A DNA stretch of 64,000 bases, taken from the human T2T-CHM13v2.0 reference genome, Homo sapiens. Under the pieces are notes generated by a model. It saw only the letters and a program-made list of their open reading frames with translations. It did not search any database and was not told where the DNA came from. Below, one piece after another: positions 17,031 to 29,818 of the stretch. Position 1 is the stretch's first letter. Each line of letters starts with the position of its first letter. Where the stretch lies: NCBI RefSeq assembly GCF_009914755.1, contig NC_060933.1; one strand, written 5' to 3'. A program made the translations under genes and the position numbers.

Positions 17031-19231
17031 AGTAAGGCACTATTTTTATCTCTATTTAAAAATGTAGAAACTGAGCCAAAGAGAGGATATGGTATTTGCC
17101 TGGGATCATAGGATTAGTAAATGTCTGAGTTGGTATTTAAAGGCAGGCTTCCAGATTTCATAGCCCATCCACAGTCGCATGCCACTCAAGTCTTCTGGCT
17201 CCGACTTCTCTGCAATTTACACAGCCCTACACTGCCTTCCTCCTAAACTCTCCAACCTCCTACTTTTTCAGCTCTAAACTTTGATTCCCTAAACACAGCA
17301 GTCAGGGACAGGTGGAAGATTGTTGTGAAAAGAACAGGCAGCAGCATTACGGTTTAGCCTGCTTTTATATCTATTTTATTCTACAGATTAGTGTACTTTT
17401 CTCAATTATGCATACTTTTCCATTCTGCCAAAAATTTATTTTAAGGCTGTTAAAGCTGTAGTCAATTTTCTCACTTTGATCTTCCAAAGGAACCTGCTGT
17501 ATCTTTTTCATTCTGTGCAAAATAGGCATTTTAGGATCCACTCAATGCTAAAGTCACTGAGTAGCTACAGACTTGCTATTTGTTTCTCCATTGTTATATT
17601 TTCATAGTTTTAGAATCTGAGCAGCATTTAATTTGTCTATGCTTCATATTTTCCTTTAGAGAAAGAACACAGTGATACTTGCTCATAGTGTTAGAGGAAT
17701 AATCCCAAAGAGAGAAATTATTCTTCGAATATCCACCATGACTGAATACTTAGTAATACTGAAACCTACTTATAAAACAAAACAGAAAACCTCCAAAAAA
17801 CCAAATAAACAACAAAAAAACTTAAAACCAAAAAAGTACTGGAAGTCTCAGAAGTATTTAGCAGTTTTTCTTGCTCCTTCAAATGAAAAGATGCTTTATC
17901 GTATCCTCTATGGAGAGAATTCTGACAGTATTTATCAAAGACCTTACATTTATTCACCTTTTGCCCTAAAAATTTCATAACTTAAAAATACATACAACAA
18001 TTTATAATATAGCATTTTTTGTAAAGGGAAATAATCAGAAAGAGCCTAAGTGTTCAACAATAGGGCACTTGTTGAATTATGATACAATCACACAATAAGG
18101 TCTTCATAGAGCTCATTAAAATGATGTTATTGATATTTATTTATTAATAGGAGAAATCATTTAGAATTTTTGGTTAAGACCTTTAACTAAGCACAAAGTC
18201 TATGAAATAATGTACACAACATTCCATATTTTCATAAGGGGAATGACTTTTAAAACTACCCTGCAATCATCTCATTTTACACAAATGTCTAGGCAGGTTT
18301 GTTACCCGGGTATATTGTGCCATGCTGAGGTTTCGGGTATGACTGATCTCATCATGCAGATACGAAGCTTAGTACCCTGTAGTTTTTCAACCCTGGCTGC
18401 CCTCCTTACTGCCTCTACTAGTCTCCATTGTCTATTATAGTCATCTTTTCTTTTTTTGAAAAAAATCTGTTTTTCTGATTTTTTTATTAGGTAAAAAATG
18501 GAAAAACAAAATATAATTTTCATTCAATACATACTTCATCTTTATGCGTTATTTTTCGAGAAAGTGAAGTCCATTTAGAATGATAGCAGTTCATCAACCA
18601 AATAATTCATCTTCACACAGTTTCAATTACTTCAGAAATTTTCTTCATCTCTCTCTCTGTAGAAATTCTCAAACTGTGGAATGCTCATCCTTATCGTCAT
18701 AAATACTGTCATCTTTATGTCCAAGAGTATCCAACATTTAGCTACCAAACTACTACCCAAATCTGATTAATTGATCATGTTGATTCTGTCACATTCTACT
18801 TGTCATATCAGATTTTTATTAAAGAAATCATTAGCTTATCTATGATTGTTACTGGGGCTGTAAGAAAATTTTATAAGTCATTTGGATCAATCTTCTTCTT
18901 TATGGTCTTATTTGAGAATAAAACTTGGTTCTGTCTTAGCCTGTCATTGAATAAGCCAGTGACCTGGGGCAAATCTAACTGCTTCATCTGTAAACTATGA
19001 ATAATAATAGAGTCCCTCTGCCTGTCACACATGGGTATAGTAAGGTTCCATTTTAAAAATGGCTCTTATTATGTTACCTGAAAGGCATTCTATAATGATG
19101 AGTGGCAAGGTGGTCTTAGCAACAGTGCAGTGAAAATTGGGACCATTTTCTGTCGCTATCATTTCTATTTTTGTGATACCCTCTTTTAATTAGTCTTAGG
19201 ATGTAATTCAAAGGAGTGATGTAATTGGAAT

Positions 19232-19527
19232 TTTCTTCTTTTTTTTGAGACAGAGTTTCCCTCTGTCGCCCAGGTTGGAGTGCAGTGGCGCAATCTGGGC
19301 GCACCGCAAGCTCCGCCTCCTGGGTTCACGCCATTCTCCTGCCTCAGCCTTGTGAGTAGCTGAGACTACAGGCGCCCGCCACCGCACCTGGCTAATTTTT
19401 TGTATGTTTGGTTGAGACGGGGTTTCACCATGTTACCCAGGATGGCCTCGATCTCCTGACCTCATGATCCGCCCAGCTCGGCCTCCCAAAGTGCTGGGAT
19501 TACAGGCGTGAACCACCGCGCCCGGCC
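19232..19527 (-). mobile_element. AluY
   Basis: AluY diagnostics (GCAAGCTCCGCC, CACGCCATTCTC); TSD TAATTGGAA. Confidence 0.95.
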
Positions 19528-20392
19528 CATAATTGGAAATGTTTGTACTGTTAGATCTAAGAGTATTTTATGTGGTATAATAAAAGATTAATTTAGTGAA
19601 CCTCATTAGATAATTAGCTTGGAATATATTATGCACTGCCATGCAGGGGCCTAAGAGAATGGTCCACACGTCTTGCGAAGTTGATATGAAGACAGGCAAC
19701 AAGACAGTCTAGCTGAGTAAAAGTCTGTAGACATCTCTAGGGAGGAGTGGTTAGAGAATGCCCTGACGGTGGATAGCTGGCATATTTTACCCCAGAAAGA
19801 AGAGCACAGAGTGGCAGAGAGTACTTGAGATTTAAATAAGAAAAGAGGATGAAAAAATTACTTTCACTAATTATAAATTTTCTCAAGAATGGACTTATTC
19901 TCTATTTTCTATTGCCTCTTGAGAAATCATTATTTTGCATTCAGTCAACATAATTATTAAGACTAATTGTGGAGGGTGTTCAAAATGGAAAAACAGCGGT
20001 CCCTAGGATTATATTTTATTTATGAATGATCACTCATTTGTAACTTTTCCTTCAGTTAGATGTTTTTTAATGCAAAAATACCTTTTAAGCACCAGTACAA
20101 TTTGTGAAACGAAATGTGAAATTGAGGCATATATGTAATTTTATGTGTAAAATATTCCCTTTTTTTCTGTTAATGAAGTATGTTTAACATGAGATATATC
20201 CTCTTAATAAATTTTTAACTGCTCAATAGAATCTTGTTAACTATAGGTGCTCTGTTGACAGCAGATCTCTAGAACTTATTCATCTGTTATAACTGAATTT
20301 TATACCCATTGAACAGCTACCCCAATTTCCCCTCCTTCCAGACCCTGGCAACCAATATTCTACTCTATTTCTAGGAGTTTAACTATTTTAGA

Positions 20393-21311
20393 TATCTTAT
20401 GTAAGTGGAATCAGGCAGTATTAAAACATACTTTCAATTAGTAATGACTATAATTCGGATAATTTAAATAAGAGAAAGCAAACATCACTACTACTAGCTT
20501 TTGGGGGAAAATATTACAAATAGGGATATTGTGATAAAAGTGTACAATATTTTTTATATTTGTGCACTTAGATCCGTGTTCAAACTTTGCCACCTATACA
20601 TGTATAGCACATTTGAATATGTGCTACAGTATGCCATTTATAAAGACTGAAAATAACATTTTATAAAATATTATTATTTATTTGGCAACCTCATGAGCTT
20701 TGGCTTCAAAAATACCTGATTTACAAAGCATAATCCTAGTGCTGGAGAACAGATCAGTGGCTGCCAAAGGTTAGGGTTGGTTGGAAGATGTGATTAGTGA
20801 GGGATAACATGAAAACATGTACTTTCTTTGTGGTGATAGAGCAGTTCTGCATCCAGATTATGGTGATGGTTACATAAATCCGCACTTCATAGATCTATAC
20901 ACACACATCACACATACACTCACACACACCTACACAAGAGTACATGTAAAATCCTTAGAAATATGAATAGGGTCTGAACCTAAGTTAATGGTATGGAAAC
21001 AATGTCAATTTCCTGATTTTGGCAACATACTAGGTTAAGTTAGATATAATTATTGGGGAAAGTTGGCTGAAAATAACACGGTCATTCTTTTTACTATTTT
21101 TTAACTTCTTGTGAGTCAAATTATTTAAAAATAATTGGTATTAAACAAAGACAAGAAATCTAAAATTTCTAAAATCAAAGCCTTTATGAATTTGAACATA
21201 TTATTTGATTTCTTTTGTAGACCTTGATTTCTTCACCTGTAAAAATGGAATGATAGTAGAATTTCTATCTCATTATTGTCATGCTTAAACCATACCATTT
21301 ATGTAAGTGCC
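20393..21311 (+). repeat. Inverted repeat arm 1 (donor; contains L1M and MIR fragments)
   Basis: Reverse complement of 22473-23408, e.g. GTAAGTGGAATCAGGCAGTATT vs AATACTGCCTGATTCCACTTAC. Confidence 0.95.
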
Positions 21312-22472
21312 CAGTACCGTGTCTGGTGAACAATAATGCTTAAACACTGAGTTCCCCACTTTTTTGTGGCTGTTGGTTTACAGGTGGTTTTTAAGTTCCT
21401 AAGTGGAAGTTTGTTTAAAAAGAGGCAGTCAAAATAAACAGCAATGTCTCAGAGCATCATCTGAACAAGAAAGGAAGGTGTTCTCCATCCCTTGAAGTGG
21501 TCTCAGTCCTCTTTTATTGTTTAGCTCTCATGTGAGTCTTCACAAATAACCTCAAGAGTTGCTACAACACCAACAGCGAATTAACTCTCATTGAGTTTTT
21601 AGCTCAGTAGATTCTGGGTCCTAAAATTTATGGACTCACCTGCTTTTTAAATCTTTCCCATTTAGAAATATTCAATTTAAATCTTCCTTCAGTAAGTAAT
21701 TGTTAACTATTAACAATCCTAACATTATAATAAAGTCAGAAGTAACATTTATTACTTTTGTTTTCCACTCATACTGTTTGCAGTCCATAAGCATACAGCA
21801 TTTTGGTCTTTCCAAATATCTAAAGGAAGATAATCAAAATCAAAACTAAGAAATCCTACTCTGAAGTCATATCTCTCTAACTAGATTGTATATTTATTGA
21901 GGGTGATGACTATATTTTCTTTTCCAGAAAAATAAAACAAATACAAGGTTGGGACGAATTGAATTCAGTGGGGGATGGAGAGGGGAAGGAGTCAAGGTTC
22001 TTCATCCTTTTCCATGCTTTGATAACTTTATCTATGAGATCCTAGTTAAAAGAACATGACTATCTAAAGAAGTAAGTGCTTGAAAGGCCCACTGTATTAG
22101 GAGATTGGGAATTGTTAGCTTGAAAAGACATAAATGGAAAGAAAACATAATACAGAGACAAAATACATGAAATTTGTATTGTGGTACACATGTGCTTTGT
22201 GATCATATTTCTGTGTCATAAACAAAAAAAAAAAAGTATAAAGCTTAACCAAGAGAAATTTAGGGCACATAGAAGCATTTACGTGTTTTCATACTATGAG
22301 CTGGGGCTAAGGTGTCCTTTACCATGACAGTTGGTGAAGCATAAGAACAAATCAATTCACAAATGTTCTGGTAAATTCCAATTTCCACATCTTAAATCAT
22401 AGACCTAAGTCAGTCAAAGTCAGTCATATATATAGATATATGTGTGTGTGTATATATATATATATATATACA

Positions 22473-23408
22473 GGCACCTACTTAAGTGATATGATTTAAG
22501 CATGGCAATAATGAGATAGGAATCATACTATTATTCCATTTTTACAGGTGAAGAAATCAAGGTCTACAAAAGAAATCAAATAATATGTCCAAATTCATAT
22601 GGGCTTTGATTTTTGAACTTTCAAATTTTTGTCTTTGCTTAATACCTTTTGTTTTAAAATAATTTGACTCATAAGAAGTTAAAAAAAGAAGTAAAATGAA
22701 TGACCATGCTATTTTCAGGCAACTTTCCCCAATGATTATATCTAACTTAACCTAGTACATTGCCAAAATCAGGAAATTGACATTGTTTCCATACCATTAA
22801 CTTAGGTTCAGACCCTATTCATATTTCTAAGGATTTTACATGTACAGATGTGTTTGAATGTATGTGTGATGTGTGTGTATAGATCTATGAAGTGTGGATT
22901 TATGTAACCATTACCATTATCTGGATGCAGAACTGCTCTATCACCACAAACAAAGTACACGTTTTCACGTTATCCCTCACTAATCACATCTTCCAGCCAA
23001 CCCTAACCCTTGGCAGCTACTGTTCTGTTCTCCAGCACTGGGATTATGCTATGTAATTCAGGTATTTTTGAAACCAAGCTTATGAGGTTGCTAAATAAAT
23101 AATAATGTTTATAAACTATTATTTTCAGCCTTTATAAATGGCATACTGTAGCACATATTCCAATGTGCTATACATGTATAGGTGAGCCAAAGTTTGAACA
23201 TGGATCTAAGTGCACAAACATAAAAAATATTGTATGCTTTTATCATAATATCTCTATTTGTAATCTTTTTCCCCAAATACTAGTAGTAGTGATGTTTGCT
23301 TTCTCTTATTTAAACTATCAGAATCTTTAAACTTTCTCTTATTTAAACTATAGTCATTACTAATTGAAAGTATGTTTGAATACTGCCTGATTCCACTTAC
23401 ACAAGATA
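22473..23408 (-). repeat. Inverted repeat arm 2 (derived copy)
   Basis: Reverse complement of 20393-21311; flanked on both sides by TA/TG microsatellite. Confidence 0.95.
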
Positions 23409-23600
23409 GATATACATATCAGTCATATCTATGTGTGTGTATATATTTATATATATGTCAGTCATATATATGTGTGTGTATATATTTATATATATGTCAG
23501 TCATATATATGTGTGTATATATTTATATATATCACATACACACATATATAGATGGAGTTAGGTCTATGATCTCTGTATATATTTATATACACACATATGT
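23409..23600. repeat. TA-rich ~38-bp minisatellite (CAGTCATATATATGTGTGTGTATATATTTATATATATGT, ~3 copies)
   Basis: Directly visible tandem units; related to 22420-22470. Confidence 0.9.
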
Positions 23601-24071
23601 ATTTTTAAACTATTACATGAAGCAAATAGTACAGTTGATTTCATATAACAAGAGTTATTGGATTTATATGGGCAAAAGTTAATGCATAGGGGCAAATAAA
23701 TTGATGAACTTACAGACTCATTTATTTGACATATATTTATTGTGTGGTCTCTATTGAATGCTGGGTATCTTCCAGGAGCCTAAAATTCAGCAGTGAATGT
23801 AACAGGCTCAAATCCTTGTACTCAAGTAGCAAATATTCTAATCGAGGGAGAAGACAATAAACAAAGTTAATAAGCAAAATATTCAACATACTAGTTGATA
23901 GGAAGCTCTGTGGTGAAAAATAAAGTAAGAGGAAAAGAATGAGAGGAAGCTCTAAAAGCAACTGAAGATTTACATGAAGAAGCTGCCCAGGCGTTGGCCC
24001 AGAGTGAGAGGAAGCGCCATGAGTTCAACAGGCAGGTCCCAGTTCAGTGGAAAGAAAAGGATTTCCAGGGC

Positions 24072-25004
24072 ATGTTGGAGTGCCGCAAAGAGGGCGAGGC
24101 CCTCCTCATCCTCAACCTGGTGACAGACTTGAAGCCCCAGATGCTGTTGGACACAGTGCCCTGTCTCTCCGCCTACATCCTCTACATGTGCATTCGGCTC
24201 GCGGACCAAACCAACGATGATCTCAAGGTGCACTCCCTGATGACCTCCACCACCAACGGCATTAAGAAAGTCCTGAAGAAGCACAGTGATGACTTTGAGA
24301 TGACGTCATTCCTGTTATCCAACACCTGCCACCTTCTTCACTGTCTGAAGCGGTACAGCGGGGATGAGGGCTTCATGACTCAGAATACAGCAAAGCACAA
24401 CGAACACTGCCTTAAGAACTTTGACCTCACCGAATACCGTCAGGTACTGAGCGACCTTTCCATTCAGATCTACCAGCAGCTCTTTAAAATTGCCGAGGGT
24501 GCGTTACAGCCGATGATAGTTTCTGCCATGTTGGAAAATGAGAGCATTCAGGGTCTATCTGGTGTGAAGCCCACTGGCTCCCAGAAGCACTCCTCCAGCA
24601 TGGCAGATGGGGATAACTCATACCGCCTGGAAGCTTTCATCCGCCAGATGAATGCCTTTCATACAGTCATGTGTGACCAGGGCTTGGACCCTGAGATCAT
24701 CCTGCAGGTATTCAAACAGCTCTTCTACATGATCAACGCAGTGACTCTTAATGACCTGCTCCTGCGGAAGGACGTCTGCTCTTGGAGCACAGGCATGCAA
24801 CTCAGGTACAATATAAGTCAGCTTGAGGAGTGGCTTTGGGGAAGAAACCTTCACCAGAGTGGAGTAGTTCAGACCATGGAACCTCTGATCCAAGCAGCCC
24901 AGCTCCTGCAATTAAAGAAGAAAACCCAGGAGGATGCAGAGGCCATCTGCTCCCTGTGTGCCTCTCTCAGCACCCAGCAGATTGTCAAAATTTTAAACCT
25001 TTAG
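24072..25004 (+). CDS. Open 310-aa ATG-initiated ORF in the MYO5B retrocopy (truncated cargo-binding tail); expression unknown
   Basis: First in-frame ATG at 24072 within ORF-track entry 23994..25004. Confidence 0.2.
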
Positions 25005-26480
25005 CCTCCCCTGAATGAATTTGAAGAACAGGTAACAGTGACCTTTATACAAATGATCCAGGCACAACTACAAGAGCAGAATGGCCCTCAGCAACTGCTA
25101 TTAGATGCCAAGCAAATGTTTCCTGTTTTGTTTCCATTTCATCCATCTTCCCTAACCATGGAGTCAATCCCAGCATGTCTCAATCTGGAGTTCCTCAATG
25201 AAGTAGACGCATGTTTAGTCTGATTCCCAATGTGAGCAAAAAGGAAGTATAGACAGTAAAGTAAATTCAAGGATCTGTTAAATCTGGTAAAAGTAGATCA
25301 AATCAGAGATTGACAGCCTGTGGAGGGTGCCTGAACTATACAGAATTAACACAACTATGGCGTTATTTTTTGTACATACTGCTCAGAATAAAAACACTTG
25401 AAATGTGGAAGATTTTAAGTTTGATTTCAGTCCAACAAATATACATAATAATTTATAGACACCAAGCAGTCCCCATAGCCATATAAAAGATGCCAATTCT
25501 ATAAAATGAAGCTGCCGAGTTTTAATCTTTGCATATAACTGGAGAATGTCCAAATTAAAATACTAACTATATATAAGTCGCATAAATTGCCTTCAAAGGG
25601 CTTTTAACAAATAATAGTACTAATAACCATGATAATGACATATACTGACACTTCCCAAAGTTTGCAAACCATAGGTGTGGTAGAGTTTGTGGTGAGATGT
25701 GTTAAGAACAAAAATATGGGGATGAGACTTCTGAGAAATGTCCCCAAAATATTCTTTAATGGCTGATTATACAAAGACAGCAGTGTAACTGACCTCCAAA
25801 CCAGACATTTTGAGTACTGGTTTCTGAAGCAAAATTAGAAGTCCCAGTCCTCAGTGTCCTCAAACGCTTTTATGTAATCTTGGTTTAATGGAAGAGATGA
25901 TTAAAATGCTGCTATCTGAAATTCCAAGTGAGAAAGATGGAAAAATAATTTGTGTCTGATGCTAGTCCATACACTTTCCAAGTCCCACAAAACTCTCACA
26001 AAAATGTATATAAGCTAAATATTACAAAATGATAACAACTTGTTTTATTTATAGATGTAAAAAACAAGTGAAAGCTTTTAATCTCTTAATACCATTAAGC
26101 CTCCAGTAAGAGCCTCATATAATGCTCTACTATTCCAAACAACTAAATAGTAAAACAAACTAACTTTGCACATCAGATTATCTGAAAAACCTTCAAAAAT
26201 ACTCAGTTCAGGGATTACTATTATACAAAAGTCTGGGGTTTTTTTAAGAGAATAAAATGGCTTAGGTCAACTTTCCCCTTTCAGGTTATTTTCAAAGTTT
26301 TTCAAACGTTGTAATTCAAAATTGTAAATATCTCTCCTATGAAATAAGGATTTTAAAAATGAGTAATTCAGTAATATAACAGACGTAGATGTTTGCTGCT
26401 CTTAGAATTTTTTGTTCGTTTGTTTTTGGGCTCTTCAAAAGCAAGCATTCAGTTAGAAACCCATATTATTCTTTCCACAC

Positions 26481-26834
26481 TTTTTTTATTATACTTAAAG
26501 TTCTAGGGTACATGTGCACAATGTGCAGGTTTGTTGCATATGTATACATGTGCCATGTTGGTTTGCTGCACCCACTAACTCGTCTTTTCCATTAGGTATA
26601 TCTCCTAATGCTATCCCTCCCCCCTCCCCCCACCACACAGCAGGCCCTGGTGTGTGATGTTCGCCTTCCTGTGTCCAAGTGTTCTCATTGTTCAATTCCC
26701 ACCTATGAGTGAGAACATGCGGCGTTTGGTTTTTTGTCCTTGCGATAGTTTGCTGAGAATGATGGTTTCCAGCTTCATCCACGTCCCTACAAAGGACATG
26801 AGCTCATCATTTTTTATGGCTGCATGGTATTCCA
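26481..26834 (-). mobile_element. 5'-truncated L1PA inserted into the MYO5B-derived 3'UTR
   Basis: L1PA 3' end; TSD TATTCTTTCCACAC at 26467-26480 and 26835-26848. Confidence 0.95.
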
Positions 26835-27578
26835 TATTCTTTCCACACATTTTTTTTACTGTCTTTTCCCTATTTCTTGATAGCAGTATGCTGTTTCCAT
26901 GATAAGAACAAATAGTGTTTGCCAATCATAGAAGAACAGCCTCTGTATTACATTGAGAAAATGAGATTTATCCATGGATTGGAAGTAGAACAGCCTGCCT
27001 CCACCCTCCTTTACTCAACCACCCAACTTAAAAGGCTCTAGGAAACACAGCACACTCCAAGCTACCTTCTGTACTGTGCCCTTAGACCACAGCTTCCTCA
27101 GTCATTCTCTGCATCTCCTGGGGCTTAACCCAGTCTTAGCCTGTGTTGAGGCTGCTGACAGTTGTGTTCCAATCATTTGCCATGGACATTATCCCTTCTA
27201 CATCCACATTAAACATGCCAGCTTCTCTTGGGTGTCTGCAGAGCTGTGCCTTTTTCTTTCAGTGACAGTTACATAATCACTGACGTCCATGACACTCACA
27301 CATGGATCCATGTGCTGACTTCATTTAGAAGGCCCATCTAAAACAACTGGGTTTGTGGCTACCTCTTTAAAGTTGTTTGTGAAGTATAATTTGCTTTTTG
27401 ATGTACTTTAGTTTGAAACTGAGTCCCTTATGTAAGGACTGTCCTTAATCTTAAAAGACCAAAAATGCCTTGTTAGAGTGTTAAGGAGTTTTGACATGCA
27501 GTGGTTCCACAAATACAGTGGCTTACTGTCCTTATATACTGTCTTACACCATCGTTCTCTCCATCTCTCTTGGTCACT

Positions 27579-28915
27579 ACAGTGGTGAGATCAAAACCCC
27601 AAGTGAGGCCCCAGAGTGGCGTGAGGACCCCAGTGCTCTTGCTGATCTGAAACAGGCTGCTCTTCTCCTGCTTGCATGGCTTGTCTCCAATGGAAGGCCT
27701 CAGGATCTTGGTGATGACCACAATAGTGATGGTTATGTTCACCACCACAATGATCAGTGCTGGGATGGCAAAAGCCAGCAGGGCCTTGGTGTCCTCCCAG
27801 TTGAGCCAACAGACATTCTTCCTCATATAGACTTCCCAGGGCTGGGTGGCTCCCAGCATGATGACCAAGATGGCAGGTAGGGCAGCCGTAGCCAAGACAG
27901 AAGGCAATGGCTTTCTGAGTGGACCTGCTTGTTTCGTGCAGAATGAAAACCAGGCGATAGAACAACATGAGGCCCAGTGTCAGCATCCAGAAGAAGATGC
28001 TGAGGTAGAAGAAGTGGATGAAGAAGGTGGCAGCCACACAGGCTGTCTTGCAGAGTATGTAGTGATTGTCCTGGATGGCAGCGACCACAATGAACAAGGT
28101 GTTGGCGACCAGAAGGGAGGCAGCAACATTCACTATGCAGATGTGGCGCATATAGGAAGTCTGGTTCTTGGTCACTGATTTCCACACCACAGTTTCCACA
28201 ACTAGACAGGCCGCCAAGCTGAAGATGGAAAAGCCCACCCCAACATAAGAAATAATATCCAGTAGTATTCCCAGGAGAGAACCAGGATCTGGGGAGTCAG
28301 GGGACTTGAGAATGGAGAATGATGTTAGGTAGTCACAGATACAGGTGACATTGTCCCCATCACCTTCTTCAACATAGCACCCACTGCTGTCCCACCCCCC
28401 GTGTTGTTGGAAAGCCTGAAGTTCCAGAAGACACATGTTGTTTCGCCACCTGAAGGGCTGTTGTTCTTAAAAGTCATTGAAATGCTGAATGGCATAGTCA
28501 CATTATGGCTGACAGTGGTCGTCATCACTAAGCTCTCTGCAAAATTATTTTCCTGGATACCCTGGGCAAGGATGGCTTGGAGAGTTGGGAAAGCCATGGT
28601 GACAATAGGTGAATCTGATGGCAAGTTTTCTAGATAGCTCTTGTCAATGACCACATTGCCCCAGAGGTCAAAGTATGGGAAAACAAACCTCTGTTGATAG
28701 GTTTTTGGGTGGCTGGACATGATTACCATGCTGCTCATCTGCACATTAGTTTGGGAGAAGGACAAAGGAGGGCTATCTCCTAATTGTAGTGCTTGGGAAA
28801 ACCTTCCCACTGAATGTAGTAGCTGTGAACTCTGCTTGGTCCGTTGCTGTTGTAAAACCTTCCAGGTGTTCAAGACGGGCTTCCCAAGGATGACATTAAC
28901 CGTAGAGAGCACGTG
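27579..28915 (-). pseudogene. ADGRF5P: Unprocessed ADGRF5 (GPR116) fragment: large GAIN/GPS plus 7TM exon
   Basis: Acceptor TTTCACTTTCAG before 28915; HVLSTVNVILGKP...CVFWNF..GGWDSSGC...CDYLTSFSIL...LTWGFDLTTV; frameshifts near 28395 and ~27880; truncated within TM6. Confidence 0.95.
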
Positions 28916-29261
28916 CTGAAAGTGAAATGGTATGGGGTCAAACTAACCAAATTCTTTCAATCATAAAAAAGAAAAAAACAACATCTTCCTAGAAACTGAT
29001 TGCATAAAGGTAAGAGGAAACGAGAAAACAAAACTGAGACATCACAGGCAGTGGGGATGTATGACCTTCTTATGGCAGAGTTTAGCAGAGGATGGGTCCC
29101 CAAGACTGAAAGATGTCAGTAAGCACTTAGCAATGGTGACAGTGAGAGTCACACCCACTACACACCCTACTCTCTAAGGTCAATTCAGCAGGCTGGCAGG
29201 GATGTTTACTATTTTATTTTATTTTATTTTATTTTATTTATTTTATTTTAAATCTTAAGCC

Positions 29262-29394
29262 TGTATTTTTAGTAGAGGTGGGGTTTCATCATGTTGGCCA
29301 GGCTGGTCTTGAACTCCTGACCTCCTTGAACTCCTGTAATCCCAGCTACTTGGGAGGCTGAAGCAGGAGAATGGCTTGAACCTGGGAGGCGGAG
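29262..29394. mobile_element. Chimeric Alu: a minus-strand fragment fused to a plus-strand fragment
   Basis: TGTATTTTTAGTAGAG...CTCCTGACCTC followed by CCTGTAATCCCAGCTAC...GGAGGCGGAG. Confidence 0.9.
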
Positions 29395-29510
29395 ATACAT
29401 TTTTCCTGCTGCCCACTCTTCACCCTGCTGCAGTCCCCTTTCTCCTGAGCACATGTCTGGTTATAGCTCTGGCCTTCCAAGACTATAGCTCCTGCTGACT
29501 GGTGACTTAC

Positions 29511-29818
29511 AGGTGTGCATATCTCGTGACCTCTGGAATAATGGCTGGCAGTCTTTTATGTCTACACCTTTGCAGAATTCAGGCTCCTCTCCTCCCAGCC
29601 TGGTGGTCTCTCATTAGCTTTATAAACGTGGTTGGGTTTTGGAGAAGGACTATTATTATTTAAACTGTAAACTACATGTCTCCCAAAGCTAGCCCATCCT
29701 AAGCCCAGTAATAATTAAGGCAACATGAAGGTAAAATATAAGAGGGAAGTTGGCTATATTAGATCTTCCCCACTGCCATAATTTCCTCACTGTTATAATT
29801 ATTGCAAATGCAGTTTCA
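29511..29818 (-). mobile_element. LTR8-family LTR, 5' half
   Basis: Ends ...TTATAATTATTGCAAATGCAGTTTCA, the reverse complement of an LTR8-type start (TGAAAC..TTTGCAA). Confidence 0.7.

Larger units (their letters stand above)
23931..27578 (+). pseudogene. MYO5BP: MYO5B processed pseudogene (5'-truncated; globular tail CDS plus 3'UTR)
   Basis: Intronless [16 protein letters not shown], then [10 protein letters not shown]...DIL domain...[10 protein letters not shown]; frameshift near 23980; in-frame TAG at 25002-25004; the 3' boundary is inferred from the ADGRF5 junction. Confidence 0.95.

Noticed and set aside
23420-23682. Regular ~38-bp repeats (CRISPR-like periodicity) and a repetitive ORF
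   Set aside because: Spacer-less TA-rich minisatellite in eukaryotic DNA
27473-28912. ADGRF5-like ORFs (195, 281 and 144 aa) as a functional GPCR
   Set aside because: Two frameshifts, no upstream exons or promoter, truncated in TM6
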